A stretch of 64,000 nt of DNA from Oopsacas minuta (taxonomy: Eukaryota; Animalia; Porifera), in contig JAKMXF010000299.1 in NCBI GenBank assembly GCA_024704765.1, positions 751,368-815,367 of the forward strand, in the 5' to 3' direction. The translations under genes were made by a program, and so were the position numbers. Below the pieces are notes generated by a model. It did not search any database. It had not been told where the DNA came from and saw only the letters and a program-made list of their open reading frames with translations. Positions within the stretch are counted from its first letter, which is position 1. Each line of letters starts with the position of its first letter. Shown here one piece after another: positions 1 through 11,675 of this stretch.

Positions 1-275
1 AAACATTTGTTGCCCATCTGTCTACAAATACAATTTCTATTGGCAACATAAAAGTTTTTTGGCACCTATTTTTGTTTTGAGGCTAGTTATTCAACTGTAA
101 GCAGAACATCATTTGACAAATCATGTCACTTTTTCAAAAAATATGAATTTTGTGCAAAAAAATTAAAAATCTAGAGCTTGCGGAAAAAAACTAAGGTCGG
201 ATTCGGATTCAGCGCCCCAATATTAGGTAAAAACAAGTGTTGGTAGAAATGCAACAAAATTTTTGTTGAGCAGTG
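1..275. mobile_element. Terminus of a Chapaev3/CMC-like DNA transposon, cut by the window edge and abutting the mariner relic
   Basis: Ends ...TTTTGTTGAGCAGTG (271-275 = CAGTG) followed by TTA. CACTG termini with a TWA target fit Chapaev3. Internal GGATTCGGATTCAGCGCCCC motif. The other end is not visible. Confidence 0.45.
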
Positions 276-280
276 TTATC

Positions 281-1064
281 ATTGAAGATCTGGAAATGTC
301 GAAGGTAACTGCGCGTTGTGTCCCAAAAGTTCTTTCAAAAGAACAAAAACCCGAAAGGGTCAGAGTTAGCAAAGAATTACTTTCAAGATACTAGGCAGAA
401 GAAGACTTTTTGGATCATATTGTAACGGGGGATGAAACTTGGTTTCATTATTATGAACCAGAGAGCAAAACTCAATCGAAGCAGTGGAAGAGACGTGATG
501 AACCTCTACCCATCAAGGCAAAGGCTACAAAATCAGCAGGGAAGAGAATGGCAACAGTATTTTTGGATAGGGAAGGAATTATACACCTCGACTGGTTGCT
601 TGAGAAGACAACCATAAACAGTGACTATTACGTTGACGAATTGAAAGAATTGCGTCAAGCGATTAAACGTGAGAGGCGAGGCAAGTAGACACGTGGCGTA
701 TTGCTGCAACATGACAACGCAAGGCCCCATGTAAGCTCCAAGACAAGGCTGCAATTGACGACTTAGGATTCAAATACCTCCCTCATCCTCCGTATAGTCC
801 AGACCTGGATCCCAGCGACTAGTGGCTGTTTGGAGAGATGAAGAGATTTGAGGATTCAAACGGCTGGAGTATGAAATAAAACAGTGAGAAAAGGGACCCC
901 TAAAGAATTCTATACTACTGGGCTGGAAAAGTTACCAGAACGATGGAAACGATGTATAATTTTAAAGGGGGAATTTATCGAAACATTTGATGATCAATTA
1001 TGATAAGTATAGGTTTACTATCTGAATTATGAAGAAAAGTCTCATTATTCATTGAACAACCCTG
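281..1064 (+). mobile_element. Mariner (DD34D) element, 3' half, transposase pseudogene
   Basis: Frames give VTARCVPKVL, IVTGDETWFHYYEPE, LLQHDNARPH and HPPYSPDLDPSD, with stops, frameshifts and a deletion. The 3' end TTATTCATTGAACAACCCTG is followed by TA (1065-1066). Confidence 0.9.
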
Positions 1065-1132
1065 TATATTGACTATACTGATTTAACAATAATTTCTACG
1101 ATTATCGAGTTATACTTGGATATTCTCATAAA

Positions 1133-1465
1133 GGCGCGCATGCATTAGGCCAAATTCGTCTGTATAAATTAGTCCATATTTCATATGTTTGCGTTAGTCC
1201 AAATATCAAAACCGGTAATAGTCCAAATTCGTGGTGATCGAATGCATGTATTCACGAGGAAACTTCGTCGCGAGGAAATATAGTCATTTACTTTTGTTGT
1301 TTTGAATATTCCAAATACACTCAGCAACTCACAACCTGCTCCAGATCCAACTCCCGCAAACATCACCAAAAATTTGGGCTAATGCCGATTTTGATATTTG
1401 GACTATCGCAAACATATGAAATTTGGACTAATGCATACATACGAATTTGGACTAATGACGCGTCC
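1133..1465. mobile_element. MULE-type foldback MITE
   Basis: ~95-bp imperfect TIRs built of ATTAGTCCAAAT(T/A) subrepeats, GG...CC ends. Flanks TCTCATAAA / CCTGATAAA match 7 of 9 (9-bp TSD). Confidence 0.75.
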
Positions 1466-1546
1466 CCTGATAAATGTGTCATCCCTGGTCTCTCCTGTAA
1501 CTTAAGAATGAGTGAACTTTCTACTATGCCGACTATATTGAACTAC

Positions 1547-1714
1547 TTAACTTATGCTCAACTTTGATTTGCATTGAGAGCAAATGTAATCTCTAGGGGA
1601 GTTGTTGTAATGTATATTTGAGGGGTTCTCGATCCCCTCAAATTAGCCTTATTTATTCTGCGATCATCACAATTCAAGACCGCTCCTCCTCTCTCAAGCT
1701 TCCGCCGGGCCTGT
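1547..1714 (+). mobile_element. 3' internal end, polypurine tract and partial short LTR of an LTR element (second copy at 19465-19663)
   Basis: AGGGGAG purine tract followed by TGTTGTAATG. Aligns with 19465-19630. Confidence 0.55.
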
Positions 1715-1901
1715 CACCTGTATAGTTTTATCATCAATTCTTCTTCTTTTGAGTCAAAGATAAGTGGGTGCGCTTGCTTGTTGTTGTTGTTGTTGAATAA
1801 TAGGATGAGCATCCAAGATTTCCTCTTGGTAATACCCAATCATGAAATTTCTCTTTGAATCGTAAAAATATGTACAGTCATAAATAAGGTAGTATTTAAT
1901 A

Positions 1902-2897
1902 CAGATAACCTCGCTAACCGAGAACAGGGGAATATTTCCTTGATTGTACCGGGGGCGCAGAATTTGTTAGAATTTTGAAGTAGTCATTTGTTAGAATTTC
2001 TACAGTTTGCACTTGTTAGAATGGTTTTTTCATATGTTTTCACTTGTTAGAATTTTTCTTTTTCATCTGTTTGCACTTGTTAGAGTGAGTTTTTTATGTT
2101 TGCATTTGTTAGAATGGTTCATTCTTGATGTAGTGTTGAATGCACAACTCCAACGCTGTGAGTTGATGAGAGTATTTAGAAGTGACGTGAGCGTGTGCTA
2201 GAATTGGCACTTTCATGGATTATCTAGCTAGCTTGGCTTGAGCTGAGAAGATGAGCATTTGACTACACTCGTTCGGATAACTGGTGTGGTATTTGATTGG
2301 ACTATTGTATCCCTGCAGATGAGGAAGCGCTTGAAAATTGCGACAAATGAAGACAGATTATAATGATTCTAACAAGTGAAGCTTTGCATGATTCTAACGA
2401 ATGACAACTTCTAAATTCTAACAAATGCATGCGCCCCATATTAAACTCATTCATATTCATTTAGTAAGGAGCCCCATTCTAACAAGTGCAAATATATGAA
2501 AAACTCATTCTAACAAGTGAAGCTTTGCATGATTCTAACGAATGACAACTTCTAAATTCTAACAAATGCATGCGCCCCATATTAAACTCATTCATATTCA
2601 TTTAGTAAGGAGCCCCATTCTAACAAGGAGCCCCATTCTAACAAGTGAAGCTTTGCATGATTCTAACGAATGACAACTTCTAAATTCTAACAAATGCATG
2701 CGCCCCATATTAAACTCATTCATATTCATTTAGTAAGGAGCCCCATTCTAACAAGTGCAAATATATGAAAAACTCATTCTAACAAGTTCAAACTGTAGAA
2801 ATTCGAATAAATGACTACTTCTAATTTCTAACAAATTCATGCATCCCGATTGCACCAAATTGCATACAAATGAACCTTGCTAACCGAGGTTTATTTG
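1902..2897. mobile_element. pogo/Tigger-like MITE interrupted by the MULE at 1951-2847
   Basis: TA-CAGATAACCTCG ... CGAGGTTTATTTG-TA ends. Confidence 0.55.
1951..2847. mobile_element. Non-autonomous MULE/foldback element with internal tandem repeats
   Basis: >100-bp imperfect TIRs made of TTGTTAGAAT subrepeats. 9-bp TSD GATTGTACC (1942-1950) / GATTGCACC (2848-2856). Three ~130-140-bp tandem units at about 2367-2780. Confidence 0.85.
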
Positions 2898-3199
2898 TAT
2901 GCAATGAGAACATTATAGGAGCGGGACCTGGAGCTCGCTCCATTAATGAATCTGGAGCGGGAACATCGGACCTCACGTTCCAATTTCATTGCCAAAATTA
3001 CAAGTAAAATCAACGAAATGTCGTATTCTATTATAGCTTATTAGAAATCCAGTAGATCCCAATTTATTAGTCAACCTGGGTTATCTGATCGCATCTTCAG
3101 AAACAGAACCATACAAGTAGTGTTATCTGATAGCGCTTAATCGGATCAAAACGGTCTGGTCAGTTATAATACTTTTAAACGGAGTCAATTATGTGCATC

Positions 3200-4700
3200 A
3201 TGTGTCTAGATATTACAAATTTACATTCCTAAATAAAGTTCATAATAATAAATGACAACTTTCTACAAAAATAGTTCTTTAAATTAATTACAAGTTTCTG
3301 CAGATTGTAATAGTGCCGAACATTCAGCTGCCATTTTAGGTTTAACAACTCTTCTTATTTTTCTCGATTGCCAAGCAATTGGAGCTGACTTTCCAAGGTC
3401 ATTATATCAAAATATGATATAACTTCCTTTTGAGCTTTGTCCAGGTAGATTACAAATGATGCATCACTGAAGCACATTTTCGTATTTCTCAAGGAAGTAA
3501 ATAAGACTTTCATTTCATTGTCACAGATCAGAAAATTCCATAAAAAAATTTTCTGGCTTTGAAATTCTAATTATTTATTCACGTAACAATATCTCGTATT
3601 GTAGCTCCATTACTGAGACGCTAGCCCGACAGGTATCGAAAATAATATCAGGTCGTGTTTCTGTAGTCACCTAATTTAATTGTCCAATTGCAGTCCGCAG
3701 TTGTTGTTTTTCTTTGTTATTTACTGCTTAATCTTTGTTGGTTTCCTCTCTCCAAAGTCCAAACTCTAATAAACACAATCTCCTTGATATTTTGAATATA
3801 AGCGTTATGATCAATTGTTATGATCTTAGCGAAATGATCAACTTGCAATCCTAGATAATTATATGGAATTCTAACACGTATTCATCGCTATGATGAATAA
3901 TAATCGTTGGGATTCTCAGAAGAATAATTACATTTTTTCATCATCAACCAACAACCATTGTAGATAATATGATAATTAAATATCATCCAAAAAACATTCG
4001 TTGGAGGAAATGGCTATACATAATGGGGAATGGGTGTTATCAGGAGATTCGCCGTCTCGACCTCCTTCACTTATAGAGTTTCTACTGTATCTTGCTAAAA
4101 ATTCATAAACAGCTCAAGTTAGACAAAGAGATATGTACTACGATTGAAGGCGAAGTTGTGCAAGTGGAGTCAATGACCCACTTGGCCTATCCATAGCATT
4201 CCATATACTAATGCAATGAGTTCATTGAATTTCTGGACCAGGGACAGCAATATATTAAAATATATTGATATAGGGAATCCTAATATTCTTATAGTATCAA
4301 AATGGTACGTTTTGGCCGACTAAATGTATTAGTGGTATTAAACTATACACACAATCCACATAAAAAATATTCAGGAAGAAATGATGTTACCAGATTGCTT
4401 ACTAGACAATTTTATTACCCAAAATGCCCCATTTGGAAGCTTTGTAAAGAGCCAATTTTTGCGTATACAATTGCAACATTTTGACAGTGAGATCTCAGGA
4501 TGTTTTCTTCCATAATCTCAAAATTCTGTCATGATAATAAAGGTAGCACTTTCCAGAGTTATAGTAGTGACCATGGATGACACTATTTGCCAATATTAAT
4601 CAATAACTTGACAACCATCAACATTATGATCAAATCATCCTGCAAACTTATAGTTTACACCTGACTTCTCATACCCTGATAATACCTTTTGAGATGATAT
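3200..4700 (-). pseudogene. Ty1/copia (GalEa-like) RT-RNase H relic
   Basis: Manual minus-strand translation: YLGLQVDH...IDHNAYIQNIK, QLRTAIGQLN*VTTETRPDIIFD, FSDASF-NLPGQSSKGSYIIF, APIAWQSRKIRRVVKPKMAAECSAL. Many stops and frameshifts. The upstream limit is approximate. Confidence 0.75.
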
Positions 4701-5319
4701 CTCTGAAGATTATGACGCAATTTTGAAAATAACTATATATGGCATTATTGATGACTATGCAATTTTCTTTGTAGATAGCATTTTAAAATATATTTCAGGA
4801 TATGGGAAGTCAGGTATACTATATGTTATTAATTGTTATCAAGTTATTAGTGAATATTGGCCAAAATATGCCAGCTGTTTACGAATATTAGCAATATACC
4901 ATATATATACATATAATAAGGTGTGATAACCGCAAAAACTCAAATTAAGGAATTTTTGAATTATGCCACTATATGTAATACACTCCTAAGAGAGAGAGAG
5001 ATATATACTTTAATTGATATACTTTGACTATGCAAATTCTGATTCAACGTACTTGATTACATGTCTATTATAATATGCTGAAACCCAATCTCTAGCATTC
5101 TTTGGTGATTAATCATAATTCCAAAAACTTGTATTTTACATAGAATTTTTGGGAATACGATTAATCACAAAATACGTGTGAAATTATACACATCAGCAGA
5201 TTTCAAATACCATTTCTCTACTACTATACATGCCAAATTTCTGCTATTCAGCGGTAATCAAGTATGTAGATTTCAAATTTCATACTTTCAAATCTATATC
5301 TAAATGATTTATCTTATGA

Positions 5320-5885
5320 CGAGCCTTTTGCTCGTCACTTCGCGATGAACTCTGCGCATTGTGGCTCGAGGTATTCATTATTCTCCAAATTGACGGCCAC
5401 TTTGAGTATTACATATATATAGAACAATGTAATTCACAAATATATGTATATGGCATTTACGTTATTGAATTATTTTGTAAGATTAATCCACCTTTGTAGT
5501 CGTTGAGGGCAGTATCTATGTAAATTTTGAGATTTTGCTAATTTGTTTACCGTATATTCATAAACATAACAATAAATTTACATATGAGACACTTCAAACA
5601 AATGCCAAATTCTGGTCCAACATGCTGTGTTACTCCTAGGTAACCGTTCAGAGCAAACATGTATTTATATTTTGAAATTTGGCTAATTCTTTTACTTTAT
5701 TTTCATAAAAGCAACAAATCGTATTCAGTATGTTTGATATATATATATTTAGTGTATTGAATTCTATTTACTTCCTTGATAAACACGATAAATATATATT
5801 TATGCGACAATTTCTAAATTGCTTACCGTATTTCCTTTCCTTGACAACGGACAAACAAACAACAATTGAGATTCAATAATATAGA
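5320..5885 (-). mobile_element. Non-autonomous Helitron, copy 1
   Basis: On the minus strand: A|TCTATATTATT start, (TTTG)n tract, subterminal hairpin region, end CTCG|T. Homologous to the other four copies. Confidence 0.8.
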
Positions 5886-6728
5886 TTTATCATAATTTGA
5901 CACATTTTTGTCTATTTTAAATCATGCTAGATATTTCGTTTTAACTGCTATTCAGGGGTAGTCGAGCATGTAGGTTCTAATTTCGACATTTACAAATCTG
6001 TATCTGTATGATTTATCATATAATTAATCATTTTGCACCTTTGTATATTTGTCAAATTATCTCAGAAATTTTGGATTAAGTTCACCTGAAGAATCTATCT
6101 CCTGTAAACCTAGATTATCTGGAATTTGGCGTTGCATACATTTGTACGACCCTGGTTGAAATTATAATTAACACATTATTTTTGTTATAGAAAAAACGGA
6201 GGTCACATTTCTTTAACTAAAATAACCCTCCATTTATTTTCGTTACTCTCATTACCACGATGTTTCCACATTTTTGTTATGAAACAAACAAATCCGCGAA
6301 GAAACATAAATATCCACCATACAGTTGACTTCACAGCAATATAATCGGGATGAGAATGGTAGCTTTGGAACCTTGGGCTAATACAGGTAATGGTCAAATT
6401 TTCTTCAAGAGCATATTTAAATATAATGCAAGATAAGCTGTTACGAATTTGTTATAGATACTTAATCGCATATTATTTGTTTGTTTCCATCACTATGGAC
6501 AATTGTGCAAATTATGAAAAGTAGAAGCAGAATGTGCATGTTTTGCACTTCTTTATTTGATTTACTGCCAACCAGTGACTAAAATATGATACTTTTGTAA
6601 CCAGGAACAATTTGAAGGAATCACATCAATTACTTATCGAAATTTACACTCCCTTATGATAGCATAATAACTTCTTCTTTACATCAGCATGTCAAACAGC
6701 TGTTAGATAATCCAATTTACATTTAAAA

Positions 6729-7171
6729 CGAGCCTTTGGCTCGTCGCTTTGCGATGAACTCGGCGCATTGCGCCTCAAGGTATTCAACGGACAAACAAAC
6801 AGACAAACAACAATTGAGATTCAATAATATTGATGTTGTTTACAATATTCAGACTCAGCATACTCGAGTAACCCAGTATAGTCGTTGAAAGCATGATTCT
6901 ACCTCTATTTTGAAATTTGTTTACTTTGTTTCATGAAAACAACAAAAAATACATATGATTAATCCATAAGTGTGAAAATCGGATTCAGCATGTTCGATAT
7001 ATTTTAGTGAAGTTTTAGTGAATTCTATATACTTCCTTGATAAACATGATCAATACATAGTTGTGCGACAATTTCAAAATTGCATACCCTAAATCCTTTC
7101 CTTGAAAACGGACAAACAACACAGGCAGACAGACAGACAGACAGACAATCATTGAGTTTTAATAATATAGA
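6729..7171 (-). mobile_element. Non-autonomous Helitron, copy 2 (internal second 5' end)
   Basis: Same termini as copy 1, (CTGT)n/(TTTG)n tracts. Internal ATCAATATTATTGAATCTC-type start near 6790-6835. Confidence 0.8.
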
Positions 7172-10052
7172 TTAGTGGCACTAATTCCTGGATTCAAGAT
7201 CCCGAAATCCCAGCATTGAGAACTCTATATTTGATACTTTGCACTTCTTAATTATACAAAGCAAGTTAGAATGGTGCAAACCTTTTGTCTATAGATAAGA
7301 TGCATTGAGGATAGATTGAATATCATCTAAATTTTAGCCTAAAATAGGTGTTTATGTATATGATAATAACTCTGATAACAATTTAGTTCAATTAATAAAG
7401 CTTCAGTTTAAACCAAATGATAGATTCGAATCTTAACTTTTCGGTAGCCAGAGCCACTTAGCCTGAAATAAATGAATCTCAAAAATTTGCAGCAAAATAT
7501 GTACGCAACTTGTTCATAATCTATTGATATATCATCTCAATATCCGATGACAATCATACTTACTGTCTTCTATTAACTTGACAACAACTATTGCGAGTTG
7601 AAGAATTTGTGACAAAAATATGTATATTTAGATTATCAATACATTCCAACTATGTATATAATGCTATAGTTCTGGTTCCTAGTGAAATACATGCAATATT
7701 CTTTCCTACTTATCCCACATGAGTGAATTCGAAAACAGTTGAAATTTTATCAAAGAATACCTATTTCCCCAATTGACACACTGTGAAATCTTTTTGATGA
7801 GCTTTATTTTCGGGTAATTAATTTTTCTGACCTTGGAAACAGCTCATCAATCTTGATGATTATTCTTTATACCCATATCGTCCAAAATCGTCCAAGATAG
7901 TGCAAAATGTGGTCCTTATCTGAATATCGTAATGTGTCTATTATTCATTTTATTACCATGAATCGTAAAAATTTTTCTTTCTAATGAATTTGATACTTAG
8001 TGCTTCTTAGTTTGCCAAAACTGCTAAAATATATATCCAATTCAGTGTTTTCGGCAAAATGTCTTTTGCCAAAATATCATTCAGCAAGATGTGTTTCAGC
8101 GAGGTGTATTTTGGAATGGTGCCTAGTACCTATACGGTTCACCTTCTACTTGTTTATAATAATTACAATGCACACGAATATATAATCTATATTCACCGAA
8201 GATATCTGCACGATACATATATCTGATGAATACATTAAGTTTAAAAATTTGATGACCTCCTCTTTTGCTGCATCAAATTGATGAACTCCTTGAAGGTCAT
8301 CATCTATCATAGATAATGAATATGTATGTTTGTGGTTTGAATACAATTATATTTTAATGCTGATCTACAATGCTATCATATAACCGACACAGCAAAATCA
8401 GGGATAAATGGTGAGTCATATATACGAAGGGTGACTATATCTCCTTTTACATAGTCCTATATTATTGCTGTCCTTTTTTCCTGGCTTCAAACCGAGACTA
8501 GCACTCAATAAATAAGTTTTTATTGGATAAGACGATCCTCTCGGGACTCGAATAATAATACTTACTATCCGAAAGTAAGTCTTAAGCCGAGTACTTACTA
8601 ACCGCATTCTACTGTACTAGTATTTGCAGAGAATTTCAGCCAATTTTGAGCGTTATAAATGTTTGCTATGACCTTTGAATCATATTTTATGTGAATTGTA
8701 CGGAATTTGTCCCATTTTGTCCAATTATATATGTGTTCATCCAATATCCAAATTTATTGCTATTATCATTACGTATTTCTAGAACATCCCAATAGGTATT
8801 TGGATCTAATTGTCACTATTTGCTACAATAGTGTCATTTCCTACATTTCAATAAAATAATGCCTCTATTATTAACCGAATACTGCCCAGAAAATGTGAGA
8901 TTTTATGACGTCAAAAAGATGGTAAATCTCGCTTTTGGTGTGGGAATTAGTGTTTAATGTAACTTTTTATTACGTACGTGAACTATAAATTCTTTATCAT
9001 TAAATGTCCTTTTTTCAATGAGGAGATGGTCACACAATGTATAGTATACATTTTTTATGATTAAATGTAGAATTAAATTTGATAACCTCCTACTTAAATG
9101 CATCAAATTGATGAACCTGGATATGGATGTCTTCAACAACATGTATGTTATATATTGAATCTCTGGTGAATCAATTGCCGGAACACACACATCGCTTACT
9201 ACTTTGTTTCCATTATCGTTTTCATTCATTTGTGATATTAATCCCATAAGACATAGCGATAACGCATTTAACCTCGGTAATGGTTCTAGATTTATTCAAG
9301 GTTGAACTCATTAACGGAATGCTAACTTAACAGTATTATGGTCAAACTAAATAATCTGGTCAATCGAATGATTTATTCAACCTAATAATTCGGTCAACCA
9401 GATAATCACATTTATAGAATCCAGTATACATAAAGATACAGTCAACATCCGGTAACTCGAATCTCAGGGAATCAAAATCTGTTCGAGTTAACGGATGGAC
9501 TATATTTAAGAATTCTTGTGATATTTCATAAATGAAATAAGAACATTCCTAACAAAAGTATTCAAAAATTCTATTGTTATTTTAATATGCTATACAGTTA
9601 ACATCCAATAACTCAAACCCTGAAAATCTGTTCGAAAAATCGACTGATCGAGTTACCGTATGCGAATAGACTAAGAGTACAGCGAAGGGAAGTTAATATT
9701 TTTTCGAGCTAACAAATGTTCGAGTTACCAGATGTTGGCTGAATAATATTTGTTTGAGTTTAAATCACCTCACGTGAGAAGTTGTGATTGTAGAAATAAA
9801 TAATTCAGTTGACCAAATTATTCGGTTAACCAAATTATTTGGTTCCAAACTGAATATCAACTATTTACCAATATTATTTGGCTAACTCGAATATTAAATA
9901 TTCGGTTTCTAATGCTTTTATCCCATTTTCACCAACATTTGGAGACAGGTAATTATACCTGACTAGAGATCTGACTTGGATTTGAGTTGTTTGAGTGTGG
10001 ATTTATATCGGCCAATAATGCATTTTGACAAACAATGATGTGCCATTTAGAG

Positions 10053-10469
10053 TAGGGGGCAACCTTTTGAGCCTGCGAGCCACATTAAGTGATTAATCAT
10101 TACCTGTGCCACATTGAGTGATTAATCACATTATTCGTCCTCTGGTTCAAATCTTACTTGCAAAGTTCCTTAAAAAGTATGTTAAAAACAACGATGCAAT
10201 ACTAATACTAATTTTATTATGTATTCGCAGCGTGTGATGTGTTAAAGTATAATGTACACTCACAATTAACACTATATATATTGAGCGAGGTTTTGAACGA
10301 ATATATTGACCATGGAATATTTTCGAAAAGTATTATTTGTTCTAATGAATATAAATTTATTAGTCAACTATAAGGTCACAATGTGACTTTGTATAGGGAG
10401 ACCCGCGGGCCGGATAATCTCACTCCGCTGTCCAGATCTGGCCTGCGGCCAGGAGGTTGTTGGCTCTTG
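10053..10469. mobile_element. Degenerate hAT (Charlie-like) MITE
   Basis: GGGGGCAACCTTTTGAGCC left end and CCCGCGGGCCG / GGCCTGCGGCC...GGTTG right end. TSD is degenerate. Confidence 0.45.
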
Positions 10470-10613
10470 GTTTAGCAGATAGATGTGATACACGTTTGCT
10501 CTAAGGAAGTTAATTTACCAAAAAAGTAAGGTTTATAGTAAATACAACAATGATAGTTTGGCATAAACTGTTCCAATGACTATATCTGGGAAATCATTCT
10601 ACCAACCTACCTT

Positions 10614-11675
10614 TCAGCATAAATACTTTCTACATTTGGTTGATTCACATAAACAAGGTACACCCTTGAACTTTTTAGTTGATTGAAAATCTTTGTACAT
10701 TCGATAATCAAAAGTTAACTCTGATCCAGCTATGATATGCTTCTTTGAGAATAATGCGATATGAGGTAAATTGACATCTAAATTGTCAATCCAAACCGGA
10801 AATACTTCAAGATTAGGTTCACATGAGTGGTTTACGAAATGCGATATATTTCCAAAGTTTTTTGCATCAATAGTATACACATTATCTACGTCATTAAAAT
10901 CCAAATCAAATAGATAAGTTGCACCCTCGTTATCGTAATACTTCCCCCTCAATTCTGCTTCACGTGAAGTTATAACTTCGCCCAGATATTCCATCACAAA
11001 CCTTCCACTTTCTATTGCAAATTCTGTCTTTACTCCCCAACCCTTTCCATTAACAGTAGTAAACAAGCATAAAGGAACCTTTCGCAAATGTTGTACAATA
11101 CGATTGGAACAATTTTCTTTGCACGAACAGGCTGAATTGCATTCAAAAATCGGTTTTCTTTGGGTATGCTTGAGTGTACCATATTGGTTGTAAGCATTTG
11201 TTACTCCTGATAACCTGGGACAACAATAGTCAGTATTGAGACAGTTTGAGGAGTATATAGAGGTACCTTTCTTCTCACAATTACATCCAATTGGTGGAGG
11301 TGCTATTGGTCTTTCTATATTCAACCCAAAGATATTTTCTCTAACATAAGTGAAATTTGGGATTTCACTCACCCTATCTTTGACTACTTTTATGGGGGCC
11401 TCACCATACGGTAAACTTAAATTTATGTAATGTTCGAATAAAGTAAGTTTCAGATGCATAAAGTGTTCATTCTTGCTTGATAATATCCGAGATACTTCCA
11501 GACTTCTAGGTAGCTCAACGATATCAGCTGAGTAGAACTTTTCTATAATGTTTCTATCATCAATAGACCCCAGTAGTGCTGATAATGATTTTAGACATGG
11601 AATTCTACAGTTTGAAAATTTAAATACACTTGAGATATCTGGCGGGTTGTGGGCGTCATTAGAATGTATATCCAT
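10614..11675 (-). CDS. SUV39H: SUV39H/Clr4-family histone H3K9 methyltransferase (pre-SET, SET, post-SET), no chromodomain, 353 aa from the first ATG
   Basis: Pre-SET GCNC...CCP...IFECNSACSCKENCSNRIVQ. SET GKGWGV, FVMEYLGEVIT, GATYLFDLDF, GNISHFVNHSCEPNL, ELTFDY. Post-SET CLCESTKCRKYL. GATYLFDLD and GNISHFVNHSC match SUV39H1/2. The track start at 11681 is TTG; the first ATG is at 11675. Confidence 0.95.
   Translation of the reverse strand: MDIHSNDAHNPPDISSVFKFSNCRIPCLKSLSALLGSIDDRNIIEKFYSADIVELPRSLEVSRILSSKNEHFMHLKLTLFEHYINLSLPYGEAPIKVVKDRVSEIPNFTYVRENIFGLNIERPIAPPPIGCNCEKKGTSIYSSNCLNTDYCCPRLSGVTNAYNQYGTLKHTQRKPIFECNSACSCKENCSNRIVQHLRKVPLCLFTTVNGKGWGVKTEFAIESGRFVMEYLGEVITSREAELRGKYYDNEGATYLFDLDFNDVDNVYTIDAKNFGNISHFVNHSCEPNLEVFPVWIDNLDVNLPHIALFSKKHIIAGSELTFDYRMYKDFQSTKKFKGVPCLCESTKCRKYLC

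Noticed and set aside
2367-2780. CRISPR-like array
   Set aside because: Whole units are repeated with no unique spacers, inside a eukaryotic MULE.
6000-6720. Continuation (integrase region) of the copia relic
   Set aside because: Only vague peptide resemblance, with no catalytic motif recoverable.
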